Shown one piece after another: positions 55,098 through 64,000 of a DNA stretch of 64,000 nt. The number at the start of each line of letters is the position of its first letter. Within the stretch, counting starts at the first letter, position 1. The stretch comes from an uncultured Bacilli bacterium. GTDB lineage: Bacteria > Bacillota_I > Bacilli_A > RF39 > UBA660. Under the pieces are notes generated by a model. That model was not told the DNA's origin and did no database searches. It was given only the letters and a program-made list of their open reading frames with translations. The stretch is taken from assembly GCA_934101645.1 (NCBI GenBank), contig CAKORX010000006.1, forward strand, positions 15,333-79,332. The letters run 5' to 3'. The translations under genes and the position numbers were made by a program.

Positions 55098-57651
55098 AAA
55101 AATAACTATTCAAAATTTAAAATTAAACAAAAAAAGAAGTATTGTAACAATTATAGGAATTTTACTTTCAGTAGCATTAATTACGGCAGTTGCAACAATG
55201 GTAACGAGCTTTAGAGAAAGTATGATTGAATATGAAAAAAAGGTATCAGGTAATTATGAATATGCTTTTTTTGATGTTCCAAGTAGTGAAATTTCATTTT
55301 TAAAAAATAATCGAAGTATTAGTGATTTATTTATTACAAATGAAATAGGTTATGCAAAGGTTGATAGCCAAAATTTAGCTAAACCATATGTGTATGTTAT
55401 ATCAATGGATAAAAAGGCTATGGATAATTTAGGAGTAAGTTTGGTAGAAGGAGCATTACCTAAAAATGATAATGAAATTGTTATTCCCACGAGTCTAAAA
55501 ACTAACGGAAGACTTGATTATAAAATTGGTGATTATATAACTTTAAATATTGGTAAAAGGGAAAGTGATGGATATAAATTAAATCAAAATAATCCTTACG
55601 ATGATGAAGTTAAAGAAGAAATAACAAATATTAACACTAAGACATATAAAATTGTAGGTATTATAAAAAGACTTGATATAGAGCCTTATACTGCACCTGG
55701 TTATACTTTAGTTACATATTCAGAAAAAGAAGCGGAATTAAATAATGTTTATGTTAGCCTTACAAGTAGTGGTTTAAAAAATAGATATAATGTTGTTGGT
55801 GGCATAATTGGTGTATCTGGAAAAACTTTAGAAAATTTTGAAAATGGAGAAGTTAATGACGAAATGGCAAAAGCCAAATATGATCATACAGCAAATACAT
55901 ATTTAATTAAAATACTAGCATCTTCATTTGACGATGGAACGATGAGAGCTCTTATCACAGTAGCTACAGTTGTAATAATAATTATCATTTTTACAAGTGT
56001 TTATTGTATAAAATCAAGCTTTAATATATCATATACAGAAAAAATCAAAAGTTATGCTCATCTTATAACTGTAGGAGCTACGTCAAAACAAATTAAAAAA
56101 AGTGTTTATTATGAAAGTTTTATTTTAGGATTTATTGGAATAATATTAGGGCTTTTAGGTGGTGTTTTTGCAGCATATGTTCTTATTAAGATTGTTAATC
56201 TACTTTTAGGTAAATCATTTGTAGTCGAAGGATTTTTAATATTTAAAACAAATTTACTTGCAATAATAATTTCTATCATTTTAAGTTTGCTTACAATATA
56301 TTTATCTAGTAGAAAAATTGCTAAAAAAGCCTCAAAAGTTTCACCGATAGAAGCACTACGTAATCCCGGAGAAATAAGTATTAAATCAAATAAAATTAAA
56401 AGCCCTAAATTAATTGATAAATTATTTGGTGTTGGTGGAGTAATATCTTATAAAAATATTAAAAGAAATGGTAAAAAATATCGTACAACAGTTGTGTCAA
56501 TTATCTTTTGTGTTGCGGTTTATATAGGACTTTCTTATTTCATTAATTCTGCATTTACTGTTATCAAAAAAGGACTTGGTGAGTATAACTATAATATTGA
56601 GGTTATATTTAATGACGAAGATGATAAATTACGAAAAGAAAAAATTAGTCAAATAGATAGCCTTGGTAATATTAATAGAATTTCAATCATGAGGACTGTT
56701 TTTGTAAACACTAAAGATTTAAAATTTACTGAAAAAGCTTTAGAATATGGTTTTAGTAATGATGATACAAGCACAGTTTCTATAAAAACACTTGGTAAAA
56801 AAGAATATGAAAGTTACTTACAAAAATTACATATTTCAGATGCTAAGGATTATGATGCAATAATAATTAACAATTCTATATATGAAGAAAATGGTAGTAA
56901 AGTAGAGTATAACGTACTTAACTGTAAAGAAGGCGACACTTTGACTTTTACAAATGAATCCTCAAATGTAGAAATAAAATTAACAAATATAAAAAGTACA
57001 TCACAAAGACCATTAGGTCTTGAAAATAGTGGAGAAGCTCCAATAATAATTGTTAGTGATGAAACTATGGATAAAATAAATGATGCTAATATTATTAAAA
57101 CTACAACCACAACAACAGTAATATATATAGATTCAAAAAATCCAGATGATACTCAAGATGAGATAGAAAAAATGTTTCTTAATGATGATGGTATTTACAT
57201 AAATAACGTAAATGAATCTGTAGAACAAATGAACTCTTTATATTTAATTGTAGCAATATTTCTTTATGGATTTATTATTGTTATTGCAATTATTGGACTT
57301 ACAAACATATTTAATACAATTACAACAAATGTTAGTCTTAGAACTAGTGAATTTGCATCTTTACGAAGCATTGGTATGACTACAAAAGAATTTAATAGAA
57401 TGATATTTTTAGAAAGCTTCTTTTATTGTACTAAGGCACTTATTATAGGTATTCCAATAGGCATAATTCTTTCAATTATTATTCATAGAGCTCTTGTTGG
57501 TGAAATGGCATTAATTTATCATTTACCTTTAAAGGGAATAACCATAAGCGTGATAGTAGTATTTATATTAATATTCTCGCTTATGAAGTATAGTACAAAA
57601 AAGGTTAATTCAAAAAATATTCTTGAAGCAATAAGAAATGAAAATATTTAA
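55084..57651 (+). CDS. FtsX-family ABC permease with two FtsX modules and large extracytoplasmic domains
   Basis: Overlaps the ATPase stop. MKELKKITIQNLKLNKKRS start. Two 4-TM FtsX-like blocks (near aa 300-420 and 740-860). Confidence 0.75.
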   Translation: MKELKKITIQNLKLNKKRSIVTIIGILLSVALITAVATMVTSFRESMIEYEKKVSGNYEYAFFDVPSSEISFLKNNRSISDLFITNEIGYAKVDSQNLAKPYVYVISMDKKAMDNLGVSLVEGALPKNDNEIVIPTSLKTNGRLDYKIGDYITLNIGKRESDGYKLNQNNPYDDEVKEEITNINTKTYKIVGIIKRLDIEPYTAPGYTLVTYSEKEAELNNVYVSLTSSGLKNRYNVVGGIIGVSGKTLENFENGEVNDEMAKAKYDHTANTYLIKILASSFDDGTMRALITVATVVIIIIIFTSVYCIKSSFNISYTEKIKSYAHLITVGATSKQIKKSVYYESFILGFIGIILGLLGGVFAAYVLIKIVNLLLGKSFVVEGFLIFKTNLLAIIISIILSLLTIYLSSRKIAKKASKVSPIEALRNPGEISIKSNKIKSPKLIDKLFGVGGVISYKNIKRNGKKYRTTVVSIIFCVAVYIGLSYFINSAFTVIKKGLGEYNYNIEVIFNDEDDKLRKEKISQIDSLGNINRISIMRTVFVNTKDLKFTEKALEYGFSNDDTSTVSIKTLGKKEYESYLQKLHISDAKDYDAIIINNSIYEENGSKVEYNVLNCKEGDTLTFTNESSNVEIKLTNIKSTSQRPLGLENSGEAPIIIVSDETMDKINDANIIKTTTTTTVIYIDSKNPDDTQDEIEKMFLNDDGIYINNVNESVEQMNSLYLIVAIFLYGFIIVIAIIGLTNIFNTITTNVSLRTSEFASLRSIGMTTKEFNRMIFLESFFYCTKALIIGIPIGIILSIIIHRALVGEMALIYHLPLKGITISVIVVFILIFSLMKYSTKKVNSKNILEAIRNENI

Positions 57652-57734
57652 GACTTAAAGAACTTATCTTTAAGTTTTTTTGTAAAATTAATGAAAAAAA
57701 ATAAATTGTATGTTAATATATTTTTAGGAAGATT

Positions 57735-58637
57735 ATGGAAGTAGAAAAATTAGAAAATTTAAGAAAGAAAATTAAGAAAAATAGTATTATTGGTTTTATA
57801 GTGGTAGTCATAGTAAATGTAATAATAGCTATGGTTTTAAGAAAAAGTAATATTTTACCTTTTAAATATTATTATGTGTTACCATTTACATTAGCTATTA
57901 GTGCTATAATTGCCAGTATGTTTAACAACAAATATTATAATGAGTATACTACTATTTATAAAAATACTTTTGTTTTAAGTTCTCTAAAAGATATTTTTAG
58001 TGATTTAAAGTATAATTTTGATGAAGGCCTTGAAGAAGAAATTTTAGAAGAAACAGATATGATTCGTTTGGGAGATAGATATCACTCAAATGATTATATT
58101 GAGGGAAAATATAAAGGAATAAACTTTAAATCTTCGGATGTTCATATTCAGGAAGAACATGAAACGGAAGATAAAGATGGTAATAAAGAAACAGAATATG
58201 TTACTATATTTTTTGGAAGATGGTTTATATTTGATTTTAATAAACCTTTTAAAGCAGATTTATGTGTTACACAAATACCTTATATGTTTAGGGGTTATCA
58301 TAAAAAATATGAAAAAGTAAAACTCGAAGATGAAGTATTTAACAAAAACTTTTTAGTTTATGCACAAAATGAACATGAAGCATTTTATATTTTAACTCCA
58401 TCATTTATGGAAAAATTGAAGGAATTAAGTGAAAAAATGGGAGGCCATTTAATGTTATGTTTTACAGATAGCAAACTATATATTGGCTTAAATAATTATA
58501 AAGATGCTTTTGAACCAAATTTTAATAAAAAAGTTAATGAAGAAATAATAAAAAACGATATAAAAAAAGATATACAAATTATTACTGATTTTATTGAAAA
58601 ATTAGATTTAGATAATGATTTGTTTAAGGAGATTTAA
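57735..58637 (+). CDS. DUF3137-like membrane protein
   Basis: Two N-terminal TM helices and the ...GKYKGINFKSSDVHIQEE...IFFGRWFIFDF... core. Classic pairing with a downstream LemA gene. Confidence 0.5.
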   Translation: MEVEKLENLRKKIKKNSIIGFIVVVIVNVIIAMVLRKSNILPFKYYYVLPFTLAISAIIASMFNNKYYNEYTTIYKNTFVLSSLKDIFSDLKYNFDEGLEEEILEETDMIRLGDRYHSNDYIEGKYKGINFKSSDVHIQEEHETEDKDGNKETEYVTIFFGRWFIFDFNKPFKADLCVTQIPYMFRGYHKKYEKVKLEDEVFNKNFLVYAQNEHEAFYILTPSFMEKLKELSEKMGGHLMLCFTDSKLYIGLNNYKDAFEPNFNKKVNEEIIKNDIKKDIQIITDFIEKLDLDNDLFKEI

Positions 58638-58640
58638 AGT

Positions 58641-59189
58641 ATGGAAGTAAAATATATAATATTAATTATAATAGGAATTATTTTATTAATTATAATATGT
58701 AACTATATAAATACATTAAATAGTTTAAAGAAGTTATCACTTAAAGTTGATGAAGCTTTATCTGGCATAGATGTAGCACTTTCAAAAAGGTATAATGTTT
58801 TATCAAAAATGGTGGAAACTGTTAAAGGATATACGAAACATGAAAAAGAGGTTTTATTTAAAACTATTGAAATGCGCTCTAATATGAATTTAAGTGAATT
58901 AAAAAATGCTAAAAATGAAATGGATGAAAATATAAATCAAATTAATATGATTATAGAAAAATATCCAGACCTAAAGGCTAATGAAAATTTTTTAGCACTT
59001 CAAAAGGCGATAATAGATGCCGAAGAGCATTTGCAAGCAGCACGAAGACTATATAATTCAAATACTTCTTTATACAATGAAAAGGTTATAACATTTCCAT
59101 CTTTAATTGTTGCAAAGATTCATCATTTTAAACAAAATGAATATTTTGAAATCGAAGAAAAAGAGAAAAATATTAAAATTAATTTATAA
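58641..59189 (+). CDS. LemA family protein
   Basis: N-terminal TM helix, then YNTLNSLKKLSLKVDEALSGIDVALSKRYN...YPDLKANENFLALQ...E..L..AR..YN..V..YN. Confidence 0.8.
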   Translation: MEVKYIILIIIGIILLIIICNYINTLNSLKKLSLKVDEALSGIDVALSKRYNVLSKMVETVKGYTKHEKEVLFKTIEMRSNMNLSELKNAKNEMDENINQINMIIEKYPDLKANENFLALQKAIIDAEEHLQAARRLYNSNTSLYNEKVITFPSLIVAKIHHFKQNEYFEIEEKEKNIKINL

Positions 59190-59256
59190 ATATGGAAGCA
59201 CCTTAATGCTTCTTTTTCATAGACTTTTTAGTAAAATATGAAAGAAAGGAAATTTT

Positions 59257-59904
59257 ATGAAAATACTATTAATCGAAGATAATATCGAAATAGCCTCAAG
59301 CTTAGAGTATACTTTTAAAGAAAATAATTATGATTTTTATCATGTAAGCACTTTAGAAAAAGCAAAGAATATTTTAAATAAAATAAATTTTGATTTAATA
59401 ATTTTAGATGTAACTCTTTCTGATGGAAATGGATTTGAATTTTATAAATCGGATTTTTCTTTAAAAAATATACCCGTAATTTTTTTGACTGCAAATGATA
59501 ATGAAGATGATATTGTAAAAGGCTTTGAACTCGGAGCACAAGACTATATTACAAAACCATTTTCTACTAAAGAATTGCTTGCTAGAGTAAAAAGATTAAT
59601 TAGTAAAAAAAGTAATATTATTAAAATAAAAGATATTTCTTTTGATATAGATAAAATGCAGGTTGCAAAAAATGAAAATGTAATAAATTTAACATCTTTA
59701 GAATTAAAAATTTTATATTTATTTGCTACAAATATAGGCAAAGTGATAACTAGAGATTCTCTTTTAAACTACATATATAATTTAACTGGAAATGATGTTA
59801 ATAATAATACAATTACAGTATATTTAAAAAGAATCAGAGAAAAAATTGGCGATAATATAATTGAAACTAAAAAAGGTATAGGGTATATAATAAATGAAAA
59901 CTAA
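59257..59904 (+). CDS. OmpR-family response regulator
   Basis: Receiver domain (LIILDVTLSDGNG; KPF) and winged-helix output (LT..E..IL..L......V.TR..L). Confidence 0.85.
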   Translation: MKILLIEDNIEIASSLEYTFKENNYDFYHVSTLEKAKNILNKINFDLIILDVTLSDGNGFEFYKSDFSLKNIPVIFLTANDNEDDIVKGFELGAQDYITKPFSTKELLARVKRLISKKSNIIKIKDISFDIDKMQVAKNENVINLTSLELKILYLFATNIGKVITRDSLLNYIYNLTGNDVNNNTITVYLKRIREKIGDNIIETKKGIGYIINEN

Positions 59905-61087
59905 GAAATTTTATATTTTATTAATTTGTGTTATGTTTTTTTATTCTTTGATTTTTAATATAGTCTTTATTTGTGAGATAAATTCTTATAAGAAAAATGA
60001 GAATATTTTTATTAACAATGTATTAAGTGCGTTATATGAAAAATATCCAAATCTTACTAAAAATGATATTCAAAAAATTTTTCCTTTAGAAAATGTTGAT
60101 AAAGACTATTTAATAGAATATGGAATTAATTTAGATAATGATTTTACTTTAAAGAATAATACTAAAAAATATCAAACTTATCTAATAATAAATAATATAG
60201 TAGTAGCTATTGCCTTTATAAGCATTTTAATAGTAATAATAAAAGATAATAAAATGCAAAATATGAAAATAAAAGAAATAACTTCATTAATAGAGAAAAT
60301 TAATAAACAAATATATGATTTAACAATCGAAGATAATGATGAATCGACTTTATCTATATTAAAAAATGAAATTTATAAAACTACTATAATGCTTAAAACA
60401 AATGCAGAGAATTCTTTAAAAGATAAAATAATTATAAAAAAGTATATTGAAGATATTTCACATCAATTAAAAACACCACTTACAGTAATTAATATATCTT
60501 TAGAAAATTTAATAGATAATCCAAAAATGGATGAAATAAATAGAAATAATTTTATTTTAAAAATAAATAAAGAAGTTAATAATATTAATTATTTAATTCA
60601 AAATTTATTAAAGTTATCTAAATTCGATGTTAATGCAGTAAAGTACAATAATAAAATAGTAAGTATTAAAAAAATTATAGATAATGTCTATGACAAAATA
60701 TCTATTTTGTGTGATCTTAAAAATATAGAAATAGAAATAAACTATATAAATGCTTTTGACTTATATTGTGATGAATCATGGCAAACAGAGGCAATAACCA
60801 ATATTGTAAAAAATGCCATAGAAAACTCAAAAGAATATGATAAAGTAATTATAAACATTGATGATAATAAAGCATATTCTTTAGTAGAAATAATAAATAA
60901 TGGAGAAATTTTAGAAAATGATATAAATAAAATATTTGAAAGATTTTATACTGGAAATATATATAAAGAAAATAGTACTGGAATAGGTCTTTCTTTAGCA
61001 AAATCAATTGTAGAAAAAAATAATGGAAAGATATGTGTTAATCAAGACTCTGGTAAAGTTATTTTTCAAATAAAATATTTTAAATAA
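59894..61087 (+). CDS. sensor histidine kinase
   Basis: Two TM helices, H-box SHQLKTPLT, N-box NAIENS and G-box STGIGLSLAKSIV. Overlaps the regulator gene. Confidence 0.85.
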   Translation: MKTKKFYILLICVMFFYSLIFNIVFICEINSYKKNENIFINNVLSALYEKYPNLTKNDIQKIFPLENVDKDYLIEYGINLDNDFTLKNNTKKYQTYLIINNIVVAIAFISILIVIIKDNKMQNMKIKEITSLIEKINKQIYDLTIEDNDESTLSILKNEIYKTTIMLKTNAENSLKDKIIIKKYIEDISHQLKTPLTVINISLENLIDNPKMDEINRNNFILKINKEVNNINYLIQNLLKLSKFDVNAVKYNNKIVSIKKIIDNVYDKISILCDLKNIEIEINYINAFDLYCDESWQTEAITNIVKNAIENSKEYDKVIINIDDNKAYSLVEIINNGEILENDINKIFERFYTGNIYKENSTGIGLSLAKSIVEKNNGKICVNQDSGKVIFQIKYFK

Positions 61088-61963
61088 TTATTTTTTTTCT
61101 TTTATAGAATAAATTACCCCAATAGTCATAAAAATTAAACTTATTAATACTACAATAGATAAGTGATCCTTAAATAATAAAAATGATAATATGGTGCTAA
61201 AAAACGGACTAAATGAAAAAATTATAGCTGTTTTGTTGGCACCAATTTTTTTTGTAGAATATGCATAAAATAAAAAACTTAAGCCATAACTAAAAAATCC
61301 TATTATAAGTAAAATATAATTATTTGAAATTAAACTAATTAAATTAGCGTTTTTTATAAAAAATAAAAGATTAAATAATGATATTGTTAAACATTTATAA
61401 AAAATCAAAATGGGAATATTTTTTTGATTTACACATGGAGTTAAGTTGTTTTCAAGTCCCCATAGAATAGTGGCAATTAAGATTATCAAAATATATATTG
61501 ATATATTAAAATTCATTATTTCATTAATTGATAAAACTAGTCCTCCGATTGTAACAAATATAGCCGATAAAATTAAATTTTTATTAATTTTATTTTTAAA
61601 AAATAAATAAGAAATTATAAGCGTGAAAACTGTTTCTAATAAACTTAGTAGTGATACTGTGCTTGCATTAACAAATTTTAAGGATAATACAATAAATAGA
61701 CTTGCTAGCATATCACATAATATTATAATTCCTTCGGTTTTTAAATCCCTTTTAATTTTTGCTTCATTTTTTTTATGAAAAACATTAACTATCAAAAGGC
61801 CTATACTACTTCCAAGGTATGTTAAAAATAATAATTCATGTGAAGATACTTTATTTAAAAAATATTTTGATGTAGGAATATTTAGACTATAAAATATTGC
61901 AGACAAAAAGGCAAATATAAATCCTAGCATTAACTTATAATTATCTTTACTTATTTTTTTCAT
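61088..61963 (-). CDS. DMT (EamA-like) family transporter
   Basis: About 10 hydrophobic helices in two similar halves. Confidence 0.6.
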   Translation of the reverse strand: MKKISKDNYKLMLGFIFAFLSAIFYSLNIPTSKYFLNKVSSHELLFLTYLGSSIGLLIVNVFHKKNEAKIKRDLKTEGIIILCDMLASLFIVLSLKFVNASTVSLLSLLETVFTLIISYLFFKNKINKNLILSAIFVTIGGLVLSINEIMNFNISIYILIILIATILWGLENNLTPCVNQKNIPILIFYKCLTISLFNLLFFIKNANLISLISNNYILLIIGFFSYGLSFLFYAYSTKKIGANKTAIIFSFSPFFSTILSFLLFKDHLSIVVLISLIFMTIGVIYSIKEKK

Positions 61964-62058
61964 ATCATATATATTTTACTAAATATAATAAAAAAAGTCA
62001 TTATAAAAAGTTGTGGAAAAAAATTATAAATGATATTATATATAATAGGTGATAGTAT

Positions 62059-62571
62059 ATGAAGTATCTACTTAATGATAATATTAATTTAGTTCTTGCA
62101 AATGTAAATGACATAGATATGTTATTAAATTTTCAAAAAGAAATTATTGAAGATATGCCGAGAAAAGAATTTTTTACACCACTTTTAAAAGAAGAATTTT
62201 CATATCCCATTGAAAATAATGGTAGGGTATATATGGCTTTTTCTGAAAATGAAATGATTGGACTATATGTTTTAACAATAAACCCTTTAAAAGAGATAAT
62301 TAATGAATATAGACTTGAAAATATTGATGGCGTTGCCATTTTTGATAGTGTAATGATAAAAAAAGAATATAGAGGTAGTAATTTACAGGCTCAAGGAATG
62401 GAAATTATTTATAATGATGCCAAAAAATTAGGTGTAAAAGAAATTATAGCAACAGTGCATCCAGAAAATATATATAGTATCAGAAATTTTCAAAAAGAAA
62501 ATTATAAATATATTAAAACTATACCTGTTCACGGAGGAGAAAGGCTAATATTTCAAAAAGAAGTTAATTAG
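62059..62571 (+). CDS. GNAT family N-acetyltransferase
   Basis: Motif A-like IKKEYRGSNLQAQGM in the expected position of a 170-aa protein. Confidence 0.6.
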   Translation: MKYLLNDNINLVLANVNDIDMLLNFQKEIIEDMPRKEFFTPLLKEEFSYPIENNGRVYMAFSENEMIGLYVLTINPLKEIINEYRLENIDGVAIFDSVMIKKEYRGSNLQAQGMEIIYNDAKKLGVKEIIATVHPENIYSIRNFQKENYKYIKTIPVHGGERLIFQKEVN

Positions 62572-62581
62572 TTAAAAATGT

Positions 62582-63742
62582 ATGAAATGTTTAAATTGTG
62601 AGAAAGAAAATCTTGATGAAAGTTATAACTTTTGTCCATACTGTGGTAATTGGACTGCCAAAGGATATAAATTTTTTCAAGAAAAAGAAAATGTAAATAA
62701 AGTATTAAATGGTTCTTTAATTAAACAGGACAAAAGAGTGAATCTTTTGACTATTGTTTTTATGTGCGGTTTATTATTATTTATATCAATGTATTTAATA
62801 CGTAAAGATGATTTATTTAAACCAATTATATTTTTAAAAAAGAAAATAACAAATTACTCTTATGGTTATAATACATCACCAATTAAAACTGATAATATAT
62901 ATTTAAATGAAAATGTTAATTCTTATGAAGATGCAATAAACTATATAAAAAGCGATTTTGAATCACAAAAGTGGTTATGCGATAGTAATGTAGAAATGTC
63001 AAAAGTTGAATATGACTTGGAAGAAAAATTTAACATACCAAGTGTTACTTTATGTGATGTTAATTTAGACGTAAGTTTAGATATAAAAAATGTAATTGAG
63101 AAAATGTATTATTTATTTCCTAATATAAAAGGATCACTTACAAATATTACAATTACTAATGCTAAGACAAATTCTGAGTATATAGCTTATTTTCAACCAA
63201 TGTATGAGTTTGTTAATACAAATTTAGATATTAATGATTATAACAAAGTAAATAAAACTCAAATTTTATTAAATAGTTATTATTTTTTAAATGAAAAATA
63301 TACCAAAGGTTCAATAGATAATATTGTGGATAAGGATTTTTATGTTAAAGATGCTACTTTAGTTTCTACTATAGCACATGAACTAGGACACTATATTTCT
63401 TTTAAAATTTTTTTGAAAAGTAATAATTTAGATAATATTACTTATATAACAAAGACAAATGAAGATAAGATAAACTTTTTATTAGAAGATTTTAATAGTG
63501 GAGCATTTTCTAAAAAAATTATTTTAAATGCATTAAATAATTATAATGTTAAATATAGTAGTAATTTAAGTGAATTCGAATTTGCAAAAGGAATTTCTAA
63601 TTATGCGGGTAAATTAAATGATAATAATACTTTAATATATGATGAGGTTATTGCAGAAGCAGTACATGATTATTATTTACATGAAGATAATTGTAGCAAT
63701 TATTCTAAAGAAATAATTAGTATTATTTTAGAAAGGCTTTAA
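62582..63742 (+). CDS. zinc-ribbon / TM / HExxH metallopeptidase-like protein
   Basis: N-terminal CLNC...CPYCG zinc ribbon, one TM helix, and an extracytoplasmic domain with IAHELGHY. Confidence 0.5.
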   Translation: MKCLNCEKENLDESYNFCPYCGNWTAKGYKFFQEKENVNKVLNGSLIKQDKRVNLLTIVFMCGLLLFISMYLIRKDDLFKPIIFLKKKITNYSYGYNTSPIKTDNIYLNENVNSYEDAINYIKSDFESQKWLCDSNVEMSKVEYDLEEKFNIPSVTLCDVNLDVSLDIKNVIEKMYYLFPNIKGSLTNITITNAKTNSEYIAYFQPMYEFVNTNLDINDYNKVNKTQILLNSYYFLNEKYTKGSIDNIVDKDFYVKDATLVSTIAHELGHYISFKIFLKSNNLDNITYITKTNEDKINFLLEDFNSGAFSKKIILNALNNYNVKYSSNLSEFEFAKGISNYAGKLNDNNTLIYDEVIAEAVHDYYLHEDNCSNYSKEIISIILERL

Positions 63743-63743
63743 T

Positions 63744-63926
63744 ATGAAAAAATGTATTAATTGTAAAACATCTTTGGATGATGATTTTAATTATTGTACA
63801 TATTGTGGATGCAAACAAATTAACAATTCACATTATATTATTGAAAATATTATGATATTTTTCATGATAATTTTAATAATTCTATTAATAGTTTTATTTG
63901 TTATATCTTATATAATGTTTAAATAA
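63744..63926 (+). CDS. small zinc-ribbon membrane protein
   Basis: CINC...CTYCG followed by one TM helix. Confidence 0.45.
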   Translation: MKKCINCKTSLDDDFNYCTYCGCKQINNSHYIIENIMIFFMIILIILLIVLFVISYIMFK

Positions 63927-63935
63927 AGGAGTAAA

Positions 63936-64000
63936 ATGGAAAATAAAGAATTTTATAACAAGACAGTGGATGAAGTTTATAAAGAGTTTTCTACGTCTTT
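63936..64000 (+). CDS. 5' end of a CDS, possibly a P-type ATPase; runs off the window
   Basis: RBS AAGGAG and MENKEFYNKTVDEVYKEFSTS. This resembles the usual N-termini of cation-transporting P-type ATPases, but only 21 codons are visible. Confidence 0.3.
   Translation, partial: MENKEFYNKTVDEVYKEFSTS

Noticed and set aside
1-64000. CRISPR arrays, rRNA operons, IS elements with transposases
   Set aside because: I found no regularly spaced direct repeats, no rRNA-like sequence and no DDE or IS-type transposase ORFs on reading both strands.

Overview
This is a visibly AT-rich Firmicutes chromosome segment. Most of it is core genome with Bacillus-like synteny: asnB'-murE-tRNA-Leu-cca-dnaD-nth, convergent ponA-recU, gpsB-rnpB-rodZ-like-pgsA, rpoZ, rlmB-sigH-like, and secE-nusG. 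I could fold five tRNAs by hand (Leu-CAA, Ala-UGC, Thr-CGU, His-GUG, Asn-GUU) and a type-B RNase P RNA. A CotD-like protein and a SleB-like hydrolase suggest a spore-former. The accessory region lies at about 36.0-51.7 kb, directly downstream of nusG. There, a two-gene NitT/TauT-type ABC importer operon (ATPase plus permease, minus strand) is cut into four pieces by two unrelated large-serine-recombinase elements. Element 1 (about 36181-41444, 5.3 kb) splits the permease. It carries a desulfoferrodoxin-type superoxide reductase, a membrane-tethered XRE regulator, several decayed genes, and a recombinase with no canonical start codon. Element 2 (about 42390-51259, 8.9 kb) splits the ATPase between the ABC signature and Walker B. 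It carries an intact 528-aa recombinase and a RhuM/Fic-Doc gene broken exactly at the catalytic HxFxDGNKR motif. Its main cargo is a 1640-aa modular repeat protein of unknown function, translationally coupled to a ProA-like (ALDH-fold) protein that appears to lack the catalytic cysteine. This pair is the best candidate for an undescribed system, but I cannot assign it a function from sequence alone. The rest of the window is ordinary and contains some unusual domain fusions: HD plus P-loop, ASCH plus NUDIX, and a stand-alone Clp D1 AAA module. It also holds a thiol-redox cluster, cell-wall hydrolases next to membrane-tethered XRE regulators, and an ABC/FtsX-DUF3137-LemA-two-component block. 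No CRISPR array, rRNA or complete prophage is visible. Several frame breaks fall in short homopolymers and could be sequencing artefacts.
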